Part shown: piece by piece, positions 39,401 to 49,585 of the stretch
Layout of the letters: every line of letters starts with the position of its first letter
How positions within the stretch are numbered: the first letter of the stretch is position 1
Assembly: GCA_024137785.1 (NCBI GenBank)
Contig: JAHRHZ010000018.1
Location: 32,343,307-32,407,306, forward strand
DNA: 64,000 bases
Source: Ginglymostoma cirratum
Taxonomy: Eukaryota
Direction: 5' to 3'
Translations under genes and position numbers: made by a program
Notes under the pieces: model-generated
Database searches by the model: none
Told to the model about the DNA's origin: nothing
Seen by the model: the letters and a program-made list of their open reading frames with translations, nothing else

Positions 39401-40744
39401 TTGAGACCCTAAAGTGAACTGGTGTTTCAAATTTCACAGGTCCAAAGAAAACATACATTGTCTGGCATTCCTGGGCTGTTGTGAAATTTTGATCCTGAAA
39501 CATTTGGTTTTTGAAAGGCCCTGAGTTCTCTGAGTCTTTGGGTGTGTCAGAACATTCTGTTCTGCCATTGAATTAAATTGTGACTAATCTGTATTCCTAT
39601 TTTGGTTCCATATCTGTTGATATTCTTATGTAACACGATCTATCATTCTTGGTCTTGAAAATTTCAGTTATCCTAGCATCCAGTCTTTTGGAGATAGTTT
39701 AAGATTCTAATGTGTGGGGAAAATAATTTCCTGATTTTTATCCTGAAATCTCTGTCTCTAAATTTAAGATTGAACTCTCAAGTTCAGGGTTTATGCATCT
39801 GAGGAAGTGGTTTATCTATGTTTAATTTTTTAGATTCCTTAATTGTTTAAATACTGTGATGCAGGATCTTTTGATCCTCCTGGCTTTCTCATTCTTTCAT
39901 TCATGTAAACTCTGACAGTGTACTTTCTTACTTTCTCAGTCCCATGGAATTGCGAATACAGCAACCGTTTTTGTAATGTATCGCAGAAACTGAATCAGCC
40001 TGTATCAGAATCTATATTGATTTGCTTTTGAAATTCAGAATATAATTATATTAGTTATTAATAACCAAAATATATATAGTATTGCAGCTAATAATACTTT
40101 GAAATTTGGCAACATTTTAAAGGCACGAGTTGGATTGTATTTTGCATTTTTTTTTTACTTTAGCCACTTTTGAACCCTGCCTGAAGCAACATGAATCATT
40201 ACTAAATGCTCATAAGAAGCTTCTGGAGAAGAATAATGAAAGATTTCGAGTTATTGAAGCTACTGGTTACAATGGTAAACTGATTTGGAAGATCAACAAT
40301 TACAGAGCAAGGAAGCAAGAAGCAGCAGAGGGACGTACTCCTTCTCTTTTCAGCCAGCCCTTTTACACTAGTCGCTGTGGATATAGGTTATGTGCTAGAG
40401 CATACTTGAACGGAGATGGCACAGGCAAAGGAACACACTTATCTTTGTTTTTCGTGGTTATGAAAGGTGATTATGACTCTCTCTTGGTGTGGCCATTCAA
40501 GCAAAAGGTCACCCTCTTACTGCTTGACCAGGGTCCAAAGAAAAACCATATTGTAGAACTCTTTAAGGCTGATGCCAGCAGCACTAGCTTTCAAAGACCA
40601 ATTTCTGAAATGAATATTGCATCTGGATGTCCAAAGTTTGTGTCTCACACTATACTTGAAAGTGGGAAAACTGCAACATTTATCAAAGATGATACATTAT
40701 TTATCAAAGTTGTTGTAGATTTATCTGATCTTGAAGATCTATAA
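6261..40744 (+). CDS. TRAF5: TNF receptor-associated factor 5, complete spliced CDS (10 coding exons, 1689 nt, 562 aa)
   Basis: Exons 6261-6490, 7409-7466, 10432-10533, 14813-14974, 15717-15794, 30611-30685, 30773-30865, 36866-37006, 38200-38368 and 40164-40744 join in frame with GT-AG borders. TRAF5-type motifs: FIRQDS, QFVEPLEDRYKC, NPYQTGCGHRFC, FYTSRCGYRLCARAYLNGDG and the C-terminus VDLSDLEDL. Confidence 0.96.
6815..7100 (+). mobile_element. tRNA-derived SINE, HE1/V-SINE type, full length
   Basis: A box tggctcagtgg, B box ggttcgattcc, core gtccaaagatgtgcagg..taggtggattggccatgctaaattgccc, CR1-like tail. Confidence 0.88.
7409..7466 (+). CDS. TRAF5: TRAF5 coding exon 2 (RING C-end)
   Basis: ttctag| then ETKPIAICPIDHEKIITNW |gtaaga, 58 nt; supplies the CPID end of the C3HC3D RING. 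Confidence 0.93.
9760..10222. mobile_element. decayed PLE-end element with internal sequence
   Basis: Arm sequence as at 31684; perfect 14-bp TSD aaatattggaaata at 9746-9759 and 10223-10236. Confidence 0.7.
10432..10533 (+). CDS. TRAF5: TRAF5 coding exon 3
   Basis: IFRDNCCKREVWNLMVYCKNSPAC...GRLG, aag| and |gtgagt, 102 nt. Confidence 0.94.
12950..13505 (-). mobile_element. decayed CR1/L2-clade LINE 3' end (related piece at about 2265-2455, +)
   Basis: caggagtgtgatggaatac motif shared with the 2305-2330 region. Confidence 0.6.
13714..13916 (+). mobile_element. internally deleted copy of the same SINE
   Basis: ggcggcatggtgactcagtggtt joined directly to cctcccacagtccaaag. Confidence 0.8.
14813..14974 (+). 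CDS. TRAF5: TRAF5 coding exon 4 (TRAF zinc fingers)
   Basis: DHLKKCEFETVACVNGC...RKDLMGHLQTVCEYREEACQYC, 162 nt, GT-AG. Confidence 0.94.
15043..15198. mobile_element. short hairpin element (third arm family)
   Basis: 31-bp arms 15080-15110 and 15169-15199; TSD acataattttgtg at 15030-15042 and 15199-15211; internal CTGATGA-AGGAG..CTCC motif. Confidence 0.75.
15717..15794 (+). CDS. TRAF5: TRAF5 coding exon 5
   Basis: EHEAVACPNYPIQCTYNCGESLLRSE, 78 nt, |gtgagc. Confidence 0.93.
16800..17260 (-). mobile_element. decayed Harbinger transposase fragment
   Basis: Minus strand of about 17152-17202 reads AGFPQVQGTIDCTHIAL. Confidence 0.75.
17272..18250 (+). mobile_element. CR1-type LINE 3' part
   Basis: SKFVDDTKIGGIVDSEE...QRDLDQLGQWAEEWQMEFN; CR1 tail ending tatgactgtatgac. 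Confidence 0.88.
18255..18580 (+). mobile_element. decayed PLE GIY-YIG C-terminal remnant
   Basis: DSTIGQHFPNNSNCAKIY...LLEAIYIHMQGP across frameshifts. Confidence 0.55.
18735..19075 (+). mobile_element. Rex1/Babar-like LINE 3' end
   Basis: IIKEPSHPGYTLFHTLPSGSRYK...TNRFKNNLYPTVIRFMN, ending aataaatcaaatcaa. Confidence 0.7.
19602..21972 (+). mobile_element. Penelope-like retroelement (RT + GIY-YIG endonuclease), partial tandem, 13-bp TSD
   Basis: RT motifs GVAMGTRMGPSYA, LRYIDD, FLDL; GIY-YIG VVYCIRC...LYIGET..RLGDRFAEH. TSD aacatcctagtaa at 19589-19601 and 21973-21985. Two N gaps inside. Confidence 0.92.
21884..21911 (+). ncRNA. minimal hammerhead ribozyme motif in PLE 3' end
   Basis: CTGATGA-A-GGG(tttagg)CCC-GAAA-CGTC: intact core boxes, stem II, and palindromic ACGT in place of stem III. 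Confidence 0.75.
22307..23038 (-). mobile_element. second, older Penelope-like element fragment (GIY-YIG end)
   Basis: NVIYKSTCRDCEKHYIRQTG...HEHQLA...FNWDNTKVL...FLEAWHS; flanked by cattacctc at 22298-22306 and 23039-23047. Confidence 0.82.
22349..22382 (-). ncRNA. degenerate hammerhead motif of the second PLE family
   Basis: Minus strand CTCAGGA-T-GTTACC(aagcac)GGTAAC-GAAA-TGTC; perfect 6-bp stem II, one core mismatch. Confidence 0.6.
23491..23775 (-). mobile_element. CR1 3' fragment
   Basis: Same tail sequence as the other CR1 copies. Confidence 0.7.
25146..25705 (-). mobile_element. CR1 3' fragment
   Basis: RLRGDLIEVY, FPRVGESKTKGHRFKVR...FKRHLD. Confidence 0.85.
26092..26317. mobile_element. 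hairpin element made of two inverted PLE termini
   Basis: 77-bp arms 26133-26209 and 26241-26317 (2 mismatches); TSD ttcataaa(t/c)atgttg at 26077-26091 and 26318-26332. Confidence 0.85.
26540..27560 (-). mobile_element. decayed Harbinger/PIF transposase (HARBI1-like)
   Basis: FPQVHCTRDC, GFHSINI, SGSCHDAY, GLLKLRF, CCIILARCALHN in the expected order, frameshifted. Confidence 0.8.
30611..30685 (+). CDS. TRAF5: TRAF5 coding exon 6
   Basis: FDIHLMECPEAEVECSYKKYGCQVR, 75 nt, tag| and |gtaagc. Confidence 0.93.
30773..30865 (+). CDS. TRAF5: TRAF5 coding exon 7
   Basis: EKRRMIREHEYSYLNEHLLLVVTINTKLEEQ, 93 nt, follows an 87-nt intron. Confidence 0.93.
31684..31904. mobile_element. hairpin element (second arm family)
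   Basis: Inverted arms; perfect 13-bp TSD attctctaagcag at 31671-31683 and 31905-31917. Confidence 0.82.
32500..36300. mobile_element. decayed Harbinger-like element (transposase remnant +, possible Myb/SANT remnant -)
   Basis: About 33420-33575 resembles LL.D.GYP..T.LMIPV.NP...EQTL.LLKQR; KFNDL on the minus strand near 35850; 32850-33120 resembles 11270-11540. Confidence 0.5.
36866..37006 (+). CDS. TRAF5: TRAF5 coding exon 8 (coiled coil)
   Basis: ILDLKNTLCERNQAITQLQEQISKLDIEMKQL...AKTQ, 141 nt, GT-AG, in frame. Confidence 0.9.
38200..38368 (+). CDS. TRAF5: TRAF5 coding exon 9 (coiled coil)
   Basis: KMLAGHTDKIINIEQQ...IASL, 169 nt, phase-1 donor gtccgt matching the phase of the last exon. 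Confidence 0.88.
38710..39311. mobile_element. hairpin element interrupted by a CR1 3' fragment (about 38788-39160, minus)
   Basis: Left arm, CR1 tail, right arm; flanks tta(a/g)gtagaat(a/g)tgct at 38694-38709 and 39312-39327. Confidence 0.65.
40164..40744 (+). CDS. TRAF5: TRAF5 last coding exon (TRAF-C/MATH domain)
   Basis: YNGKLIWKI...SQPFYTSRCGYRLCARAYLNGDG...WPFKQKVTLLLLDQ...MNIASGCPKF...KDDTLFIKVVVDLSDLEDL*. Confidence 0.97.
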
Positions 40745-41958
40745 AAGGATTTCCAAAAATTTATAGCTATTTATGTAATTCAGGGAAGACATTTGCACAA
40801 TAATTGACGAAGTTAATCTACATTGTTCACTATTGAGAACTAGGAATGATTAGAAGTTATATTTGTAATTTTTGTGAATATTTCTATTTTTGTATTAAAC
40901 ACTCATTCGTATAAAGACTTTTTTTTTGAATAGTGATTAATGCATTACCTTGTTTGCATGATCATTGGGTTCTGTATTTCCACTGGAGCCATAATGCACA
41001 AACTCCAGGCCCAGTGAATGGGAATTCAGTGCTTCCAACCATTTCCAGTGCGACCTGTGAACTTCTGTTTCCTGGGAAGGTGTGTCGTGCATGTTCCACA
41101 GGCTTCTCAACTGTTAGGATATAACATTGAACAGTTGTGCAGTTTACAGACTTAAACTGTGCTGCCCCACTCAACTTACTGGCTTGTCATTCAGCACATA
41201 ATACACTTAAAGCTACAAGAAGGTCACACCCAGAGCTGCTCATTAGAGGTTGCAGGGCCTGGGAAAATGTACTTTGTGTCAAGATCTTTGCCTGGGACAA
41301 ACCACATTGTGCATCATACCTGTCCCAGTAGTTCTCCAGATGTTCCTTCCATTCTCTATGAATGAAGTTCTCTGAGTCTGCACATTGAACTTTGCAAAAC
41401 AAAAGATCAAATGGTTCTACTCTCACTTTTCGAAAGGTCAACCCCCACCCTGGTGCCAATGGGGCCCCCAAAAGCTCAGGATCCAGGATGATCACCCTGA
41501 ATTGCCCAATTCAAAGATTGGTTCTGGTCACACTATTTAAAGGGCCAGCAATCCAACTTGCAGGTAAGGTAAATTAGTCTAACATCTGTCTTTGCAAAGT
41601 TATGTAAGTATTGTGAGGTGGGAATGGTGTTGTGATGAGAAGCTGAATTTGGCTGGGAATGTTGCTGCATCTATATTAGGTCAAAAGATTTGATGACCTT
41701 CTCACACAAACATGGCAACAGATGTTGGGCTGCAGTTATATTGTCTTAAATCTGCTGTATCACAAGAAGACAGGCAAAGGAAGGAGGGAGAAGAGCAGGA
41801 GGCATCCAGACAGCTTTACTTTGGAAGGCTATTTATGTGCATCTATTTTGATTCTAGTTTCTGTAGGAAGGCATTTCTTTACACCAGAACTGCTTCACCA
41901 AACACTGTCTTGTTCAACTACAATGGCTTATTACAGCATGCTCTTGGCCTGAATCTGC

Positions 41959-41964
41959 AATAAA
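41959..41964 (+). terminator. candidate polyadenylation signal for TRAF5
   Basis: AATAAA about 1.2 kb after the stop; an ATTAAA at 40894-40899 is an alternative. Confidence 0.3.
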
Positions 41965-43334
41965 AGTTTTCAATATCAACCTTGCTGTAACACTTTTATC
42001 AAAGAACACATGATATAAACAAAAAAATCTCTTTATTCGTTTGTATTTCCTTAGTGCTTTCTTGTAGGTGCTTCTATACAGTACTAATCCAGTGTTGCAG
42101 CTTGGCTGGTGGAAGCCTAATGGCTTTTGGGGAGACTACGGATAGTCACAAGCAGATCTGGGCCTTGAATTACACCAGGGTGGTCTGAGTGGCAGCAGCC
42201 TGGAATAGCTAGCTGAGAGGTGAGGGAATTGGGAGGGCGACGGTGACAGGAGCACAGATGCTATTTTCTTAAGGGAGCTTAGATACTTGTGCTCCACAGT
42301 TCTATTGCTACTGCCATCGAGCAATGCCTCTGATTTTAGTAACTTGCTAGGGCACAGATTGTGGGGCTGCCAAGAAAACCTGCCTGCCTCTTTGAACGCA
42401 GGGTTCCACAGCCATAATGGCTACAATCTAATGCAGTCCCACACGGCAACAAGAATGGGGCTCATTCTTGCTGTATGAACTTCTACTGCAACACTGAGCT
42501 TTCAAGGAACTTCCACATCCAGTGACTCCAGTGTTTATTCATGCCCAGTGACTCACCACATGCAAATCCCAGCTCTGAGCTGGCCTCAAAGGTGTGCTCC
42601 GTGTCGAGATCTGGATTAGTAGCTGTTTGCATTCACTCAGTGGCATGGTGCTGCTGTCTCCTGCTGGGGCTGTTGTGGCTCTGCAGAAGGGATGGTCGCG
42701 ATGACTGAAGGGGGAGAGCAGGTGCAAATTAAGAGGTTTATGGTCACATAACTTCTAGTTATGCACATCATAGCAGAAAGTAGGAGTTGAGTCAAGGGAG
42801 GTTTCAGAAGCAGCATACGGTAGTAACTGCACCATCTGGAATATTCTCTGTGACATGGTCTCGGTTACAGAGAGCTCCACAATGTAGCTTACCATTTGTT
42901 CTCTCAGGCTCAATATGAAAGGAACCTGGCCTTTGCTGCAGCTGACTGTGGTTAAGGTTCCTTTATCCTAATAGAGAAGGGGAGGGGGCAGTAATATGTT
43001 TTGCAGATGCACTTCCCATTGCTGAATAGATACGTGATGGCAGAGCTGTGTGTGAGGTTGCTTTCATGGTGGGGTTGGGGGGTTGCCAGTGCATTAAGTA
43101 GATGTCCTTTGACGATTGACTCTCATTCTGAATGAGGATTTTGAACATCAACACCACTGTCACGGATAAAATACAAACAGAAAGTACTGGAGAGACTCAG
43201 AAAGTCTGGTAGCATCTGTGAAGAGACAGAGTTAACATCCTATGTCCATTTTGACTTCTTCAGAACTGAAGAGAAGCTGGACAAATGATGGGCTTGTCTC
43301 TGGGTAAATAATTCCCTGGTTAGTTGTTGCTATT

Positions 43335-43966
43335 GGAGATAAAAGGTACTGCAGATGCTGGAGAATCCGAGATAACAAGGTGTGGGGCTGGATGAACACA
43401 GCAGGCCAAGCAGCATCATAGGAGCAGGAAAGCTTGACGTTTCGGGCCTAGACCGAAGGGTCTAGNNNNNNNNNNNNNNNNNNNNNNNNNNNNNNNNNNN
43501 NNNNNNNNNNNNNNNNNNNNNNNNNNNNNNNNNNNNNNNNNNNNNNNNNNNNNNNNNNNNNNNNNNNNNNNNNNNNNNNNNNNNNNNNNNNNNNNNNNNN
43601 NNNNNNNNNNNNNNNNNNNNNNNNNNNNNNNNNNNNNNNNNNNNNNNNNNNNNNNNNNNNNNNNNNNNNNNNNNNNNNNNNNNNNNNNNNNNNNNNNNNN
43701 NNNNNNNNNNNNNNNNNNNNNNNNNNNNNNNNNNNNNNNNNNNNNNNNNNNNNNNNNNNNNNNNNNNNNNNNNNNNNNNNNNNNNNNNNNNNNNNNNNNN
43801 NNNNNNNNNNNNNNNNNNNNNNNNNNNNNNNNNNNNNNNNNNNNNNNNNNNNNNNNNNNNNNNNNTCAGCCTTCCTGCTCCTCTGATGCTGCTTGGCCTG
43901 CTGTGTTCATCCAGCTCTACACCTTGTTATCTCAGAAACTCCAGCATCTGCAGTTCCTACTATCTC
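43335..43966. mobile_element. inverted PLE termini flanking an assembly gap
   Basis: Minus-strand PLE end at 43335-43465 and plus-strand end at 43866-43966, either side of 400 N. Confidence 0.75.
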
Positions 43967-45809
43967 ACAAATCCTTGAATATGTGTTTCCTTCCTGTGGA
44001 GATATGATTGGTTATCCTCAAATTGCCCTGAGACGAATGGCACAGTAAAGGCTATCAGGATCATTGTACCGTGTTAGAACTTACATGCTAGAACGGAGAT
44101 AACACCGGTGCACATTGATTTTGGGTTCAAATTTCATCAAAAATACACACCAGAGAGTAACACGAACCTCAATGCAGTCAAGGCAAGGCATAGGAGCAGG
44201 ATCAGGCCATTCAGTCCATCCAGTCTGCTCCCCCATTCAATGAGACAATGTCTGATCTGATCATCTTCAGCTCCATGAAAGACAGTCGGCCTCTGAAAGC
44301 ACTGTGATGAGAGGGTAGACACAGAGAATCATGGAAAAAGTCGGCAGGTCTGGCAGCACATGTGGAAAGAGAAATCTACAAGAGTTAATGTTTTGAATCA
44401 GGCATGTTTCGCCTTCAGTCTGAACAGTTCACAGGGCCCCTCTCCCTATCTCTCTCCCGGCATTGACTCTGGGCCCGCACTCGCTGTCACTGTGGAACTT
44501 CCCAAAACCGGGAAACGGGAACAAAAAAACGCAACTTGATTAAAACAAACAGGAAAAGACCTTTATTTCCTTCAACATCGCACAGTGGGAACTAGGGCTA
44601 GAGAGAGAGAACGGCAGGATCTTCTTTAAAAAACTGGATTCCCATAAATTGACCTCAAAATTTGCTTTGCAAATGTTAGACGTAGGCGACAGAAATATCG
44701 GTGATGCTTAAACTATGTAAACTATGAAATGAACTGAACTTTGGTGAATTCCCTTTGTGATGATCGGAATGGAAATGTTATTAAGCGAGTGAGCAAACTC
44801 AATGGTTTAAAGGGGAAGCAGAAAGGAGCAGTGAGGAACTCAGAGACAGTAGGAACTGCAGATGCTGGAGAATCTGAGATAACAAGGTGTAGAGCTGGAT
44901 GAACACAGCAGGCCAAGCAGCATCAGAGGAGCAGGAAAGCTGATGTTTCGGGCCTAGACCCTTCTAGCCAATCCTGGGAACACCTATTCCACCCTAGGAC
45001 ACCAGCTACCAGAACCGAACTGCATTTTGAGACAATGTATATATACAAAGTTGGTTTTTATGGATAAAATATATTTTTGAAATACAAAAACCCCAGCTAG
45101 GACAACCTTTAGCCAGTTTTCCACTTTGACAGACCTTTGTGATATATTCATGACTCATTTCGGGGTTTACTCCACCAGCTGTTGCCTCATTTGTTTCAAT
45201 AGGCAAATAGTTTTAATAGCTCCCGTTTCCCGGTATTCTCACGGTTACAGAGTCAATGCCGGGGAAGAGAGAGAGAGACGGGCCCTGTGAACTGTTCAGA
45301 CTGAAGAAGTCATTACCAGACTCAAAACATTAACTCTGTTTCTCTCTCCACACGTGCTGCCAGACCTGCTGAGTTTCTCCAGGATTCTCTGTATTTGTTT
45401 CAGATTTCCAACCGCAGTATGGCTCACTGCAGATAAAGGCAAAATGCTGCAGGATGCTAGAAATCTGAAACAGACACAGGGCATCAACTCAACCTCCTTG
45501 GTCTCTGTTGTTCCCCCTCCCCACCTCCCTTCCTCTCCGGGTTGCCGCTTCAACAGCAGACAGTCTGCAGTCTATGCTTCCATTTGTAAAGTGACTAATG
45601 GCAGTGCAAATATTTCCATTAGATTCTTCCCTTAGCCAGGTTTGGCTGGAGACTGGGTGTGAAGATTGCTGTTCCCCTTCAGCCATGCTATCAGTATTGT
45701 TCCTGCTCCTATGATGCTGCTTGACCTGCTGTGTTCATCCAGCCCCACGCTTGTTATCTCGGATTCTCCAGCATCTGCAGTACCTTTTATCTCTTGTACC
45801 TGTGTTATC

Positions 45810-46240
45810 CTGGGGACGGCGCGGGGCAGAGGGTGCAGGAGGAGAATATGTCTATTCCTGTTGCTGGGAGTTGTCAGACATTGAACCCAGTAGCTGCTCA
45901 CACACTGTACACCTTGTCCCCTCCACCGCGTCCCCCGGTGGGCTCAGGGTGAAGCGACAGGGACAGGCCCCCACCCCCCTGCTGCTGCAGCTCCCAGTCA
46001 GGGAGCAGCCCTGCAGTTAAAGACCCCCCCCCCGACCCTCCCCCCACAACCCAGTTGGAAGCGGTGAATTCCCAGCTGCCGAGCCATCAAGGTCACATTT
46101 GAAGTGGAATCAGTTCGAACGGACTGACTTCCCCCAACTGCAGTTTTAAATACAGTGAGCGGCCTCGACCAGCAGCCCACAAAACAAAACCCCAACGAGT
46201 GTCCCAGCGCTGCAGCCATGTGGAAACTCAAACGTAAGTT
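45810..46240 (+). promoter_or_regulatory. candidate promoter and non-coding first exon of the CK-like gene
   Basis: Locally GC/CpG-rich patch, TATA-like ttttaaata near 46144, then a strong donor AAC|gtaagt at 46233/46234. The coding exon at 52924 opens with an acceptor, so an upstream exon is required. Confidence 0.4.
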
Positions 46241-46309
46241 AATCCCTCATTTCATTGCGATCGTTGCGAGTCGTTGATCAAGAAACCACCGCGCTTCTGC
46301 AGAAATAGT

Positions 46310-46985
46310 TTGACAGAGCAGACAGGGGGAAACCTTTTCCCACTTGGGAAAGGCTAGAGAACATAGATGGTATTGGTTTTGAACACGGTTTGGGAAAGAG
46401 ACAACTGGAGGTGAGAGAGGAAGAAAAAATTCTTCACACAGCCAGTGGTCTACGTTTGGAACGCACTGTCCCTGGAGAGGGTCAACAGACAGGATCAAAT
46501 CAGAAAGGATGTTGCCAATGACTCGGGAGTCTATAACCAGGGGGTCACAGTCTAAGGAGGTCATTTAGGAGCTGAGATGGGGAGAAATGCATTCACCCAG
46601 ACAGTTGTGATCCTGTGGAATTCTCTGCTGCAGAAAGCAGTTGAGACCAAAACATGGAGTGTTTTCAAGACAGTGTTAGACTTTGTTCTCAGCGCTAAAT
46701 GGATCAAAGGGTATGGGGAGAAAGTGGGAACAGGGTATTGTGTTGGAGCCATGATCATTATTGGATGGTGGAGCAGGCTTGAAGGGCTGAGGGGCTCCTA
46801 TTTTCAGTGTTTCTATGGAAGAATGGAGAAGGTAGATTCAATTGAGGTGTTCAAGAGGACATTGGAATTTGTTTAAAAAGAAATTATGATGTGGGGAAAT
46901 GGCAGGAAATTGGCTCTACATCAAAATATTCGGGGAACTACAGTGGGCTGAATAGCCTCCTGTACACTGTATTGGTTTTGCGATG
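46310..46985 (+). mobile_element. nested or mosaic CR1 3' fragments
   Basis: CR1 tail motifs (ttcacccagacagttgtg..tgtggaattctctg..cagaaagcagttgag). Confidence 0.65.
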
Positions 46986-47154
46986 TTGGTTAACTGCTTA
47001 TTTATAGGGACAATGGGTTAAAAAAGACCAGGTCTATCTAATTCACGTTCTGCTAGTAACGCAAAACAAGCATAACGGAGTTGGTTAATGGTGGCTATTG
47101 AGCTATCAACTCGGCTACAATAGACAGACATTTCTCATTTTTATTATGACCTAT

Positions 47155-47930
47155 TCATAGAATTATAAAGTCATACAGCCCTAAGCAGACCCTTCAGTCC
47201 AACTCATCTATGCCGATCATATTTTCCAAACTAAATTAGTCCCATTTGCCTGCACTTGGCCCATATCCTTCTAAACCTTTCCTATACATCTACCTATCCA
47301 AATGTCTCATAAGTGTTGTAACTGTACCTGCATCTACCACTTTCTCTGGCCGTTCATTCCATATACGAACCATCCCCTGTGTGAAAAATTGCCCCTCAGG
47401 TCCCTTTTAACCCTTTCTCCTCTCACCTTAAAATTTTGCCCTCTGGTTTCGAACTCCCAACCCTAGGGAAAAGATCTTTACTATTCACCCTATCTGTGTC
47501 CCTCATGATTTTATAAGCCACAATAAGGTCACCCCTCAACCTCTCACACTTCAGTGAAAAGAATGCTGATCCAGTCTTTCTTTGTAACTCAAACCTTCCA
47601 ATCCCAGTAACATTCTTGTGAATCTTTTCTGTACCCTCTCCAATTTAATAATATCCTTCCTAGAGCGAGTTGACCAGAACTGTACTCAGTACTCCAAAAT
47701 TGGCCTCACCAACATCCTGTATAATCACAACATGACTTCCCAACTCCGAAACTCAATAGTCTGAGCAATGAGGTTATGTATTCCAAATATCTTCTTTACC
47801 ACTCTGTCTACCTGTGATGCAACTTTCAATGAACTACATACCTGAACCCCTAGGTCTCTCTGTTCTACAACATTCCCCAATGCCCTGCCATTTACCGTGG
47901 AAGTCTTGCCATTGCTCATCTTACCACAAT
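47155..47930 (-). mobile_element. CR1 3' part
   Basis: VNGRALGNVVEQRDLGVQVCSSLKVASQVDRVVKK plus tail. Confidence 0.85.
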
Positions 47931-48259
47931 TCGTTGTTACTATGTTTTCTTTATGGTTTTGCTTTGATAAAGAGCTGATTATTTTGTTGACTTTGTGTTC
48001 TTAGGACATTTCTGCACATGTCACATCTTATCTATCTGTTGTTTCTCACAGCCCCACTGGAAATGCCACTCAGTCTCAAATACAAGCACATTTTAGAGGT
48101 TTGTATTCTGGAATAAAAAAAATTAAAATTCTATTATCGCATTGCAGACATGGAAGAAGTGTGCATCAGAAATGTACGTGTATTTGGCCACTAGCAATAA
48201 ACAATAGCCTTTTCTTTATTTATTTTTTTCCCTGTTAGGATGTTGGTGAGTATTTGTTG

Positions 48260-48582
48260 CCCATCTCTGATTGTTTTTCCTCTGAGTGGCTTGCTCATCC
48301 ATTTCAGAAGTAAAACACATTGTGTGGATCTGGAGTCACATATAGATAGGACCAAATAAGGATGGCAGATTTCCTTCATTAAATGAAATCAGTCACCCAA
48401 ATTGATTATTCTAACAGCAAAAAAAAATGATAGACATGCTCACCATTACTGACACTAGCTTCAATTCCAGTTTTTTTTTAATGCATTGAATTTAAATTCA
48501 AGCTGCAGTGGTGAGATTTGAACCTATGCCCCCTGAGTCTGGGCTCTAGGTTACTAGTCCAGTGACATTAATGTTACACCAC
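48260..48582 (-). mobile_element. decayed SINE-like repeat
   Basis: Minus-strand gtcactggactagtaacc...ggttcaaatctcacc head; body shared with 23895-24065. Confidence 0.55.
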
Positions 48583-49221
48583 ATGTCCCTATAATACTAA
48601 ATAATTCACCTTGTGTTTCAAATCTTTATAGTGTGAGCACAATCTGTGTTCTATCCGTCAATGCTGCCTGCAGTAAGGCAGCTTTGAGACTTCAGTGGAG
48701 AGTCCCATCTGTAATAAGAAAGTGATCCATAATATAATGGGCCAGTAATTTCCTGAGCCATTTCCTGATGCCATAAAGAGTCTGGGTTTAAAGTGAATAC
48801 AATTCAAAGCCGGTGGAAAATATTTAAAGCAATATTAATTACAATTACATATAATTTGTTATAGACAACACCCTTGCCAAACTCCTCATATTGACACGTT
48901 TGTTGCCATTTTCATGACTTTGGGTTTGCACTTTGGAAATCTTCTTCTATTTAGAAAAATAAGCAGTGGATGCCGGAAATCTGAATTTTAAAAAATCACA
49001 GAGTGTTGGATCTGGCATTATCTGTGACAAGAGAAACAGTCAAATATTTAGAGTGACATCTCTTCTACGGTACTCAGGGAGGTAGAAATGTGATGAGTTT
49101 TATGTGATTGAAAGGAGGAAGGATGGGACAAGAAATGGGGTGGTCTGGGATAGAATGGGACCAATTAAATGACAAAGATTTTGTTTTGGGACAAAATGCA
49201 AAAGGAGTGGTAATGGAGAGA

Positions 49222-49585
49222 GAGATAATAGGTACTGCAGATGCTGGAGAATCCGAGATAACAAGGTGTGGAGCTGGATGAACACAGCAGGCCAAGCAGC
49301 ATCATAGGAGCAGGAAAGCTTGACATTTCAGGCCTAGACCCTTCATCAGAAATGGGGGAGGGGAAGAGGGTTCTGAAATAAATGGGGAGTGAGGGGGAGG
49401 CAGATAGAAGATGGATAGGGGAGAGGATAGGTGGAGAGGAGGCAGACAAGTCAAAGAGGCGGGGATGGAGCCAGTAAAGGTGAGTGTAGGTGGGGAGGTA
49501 GGGAGGAAATAGGTCAGTCCAGGGCGGACGGACAGGTCAAGGGGGTGGGATGAGGTTAGTAGATAGGAGATAGGGGTGCGGCTGG
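49222..49585 (-). mobile_element. PLE 3' terminal fragment
   Basis: Near reverse complement of 21693-21972 plus the terminal extension. Confidence 0.85.

Noticed and set aside
6261-40744. TRAF3 rather than TRAF5
   Set aside because: The FIRQ N-terminus, QTGCGHRFC, TSRCGYRLCARAYLNGDG and terminal DLEDL match TRAF5 as I recall it, not TRAF3.
44494-44503. NF-kB-like site (GGGAAGTTCC on the minus strand)
   Set aside because: A single 10-mer within a repeat-associated region; expected by chance.
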